From: a bacterium
Lineage (GTDB): Bacteria > JAMCPX01
Direction of reading: 5' to 3'
Assembly (NCBI GenBank): GCA_037439545.1
Contig: JBBIVV010000014.1
Location: 1 to 58,725, forward strand
Length of the DNA stretch: 58,725 nucleotides
A model generated the notes under the pieces. The model was not told the DNA's origin, did not search any database, and saw only the letters and a list, made by a program, of their open reading frames with translations. Position 1 is the first letter of the stretch. Every line of letters starts with the position of its first letter. Position numbers and translations under genes: made by a program. This document shows, piece by piece, positions 58,724 to 58,725 of the stretch.

Positions 58724-58725
58724 TT

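Noticed and set aside
58128..58724. 198-aa minus-strand ORF
   Set aside because: Antisense to tmRNA and smpB; a common spurious call
1..58725. CRISPR array, prophage, integrase/transposase or anti-phage defence island
   Set aside because: No regularly spaced repeats or such genes seen; the SMC is a canonical full-length condensin next to ftsY, not a Wadjet/Lamassu-type ATPase

Overview
Bacterial chromosomal core region, mostly + strand and densely packed. The gene content and order resemble Deltaproteobacteria (Myxococcota/Desulfobacterota); this is an inference, not a computed assignment. Housekeeping blocks: miaB, smc-ftsY, tRNA-Val x2-thrS-infC-rpmI-rplT-pheST-ihfA-merR-tRNA-Pro-surE-pcm-nlpD, rimP-nusA-infB-rbfA-nrnA-truB-rpsO-pnp and smpB-ssrA. 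Accessory blocks: a paired acyl-CoA dehydrogenase operon ending in an encapsulin-type ferritin with no encapsulin nearby; a permease-nagZ-LPP20/FlgT-like-CHASE2 adenylate cyclase-PHP hydrolase operon; and a perR-ahpC-sod operon with a perfect Per box. The best candidate for an undescribed system is a module of degenerate signalling domains around smc-ftsY (18487-29862). It comprises a pseudo-receiver/GAF/I-site-only GGDEF/DICT-like protein, a pseudo-receiver/DUF4388(PATAN)/MglA-like pseudo-GTPase, a Zn-ribbon-TM-TPR protein and a Roadblock protein. Several decayed palindromic REP/MITE-like elements are also present, one inserted in frame in miaB. No CRISPR array, integrase, transposase or phage gene was seen. 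All family calls come from motif recognition by eye, not from database searches.
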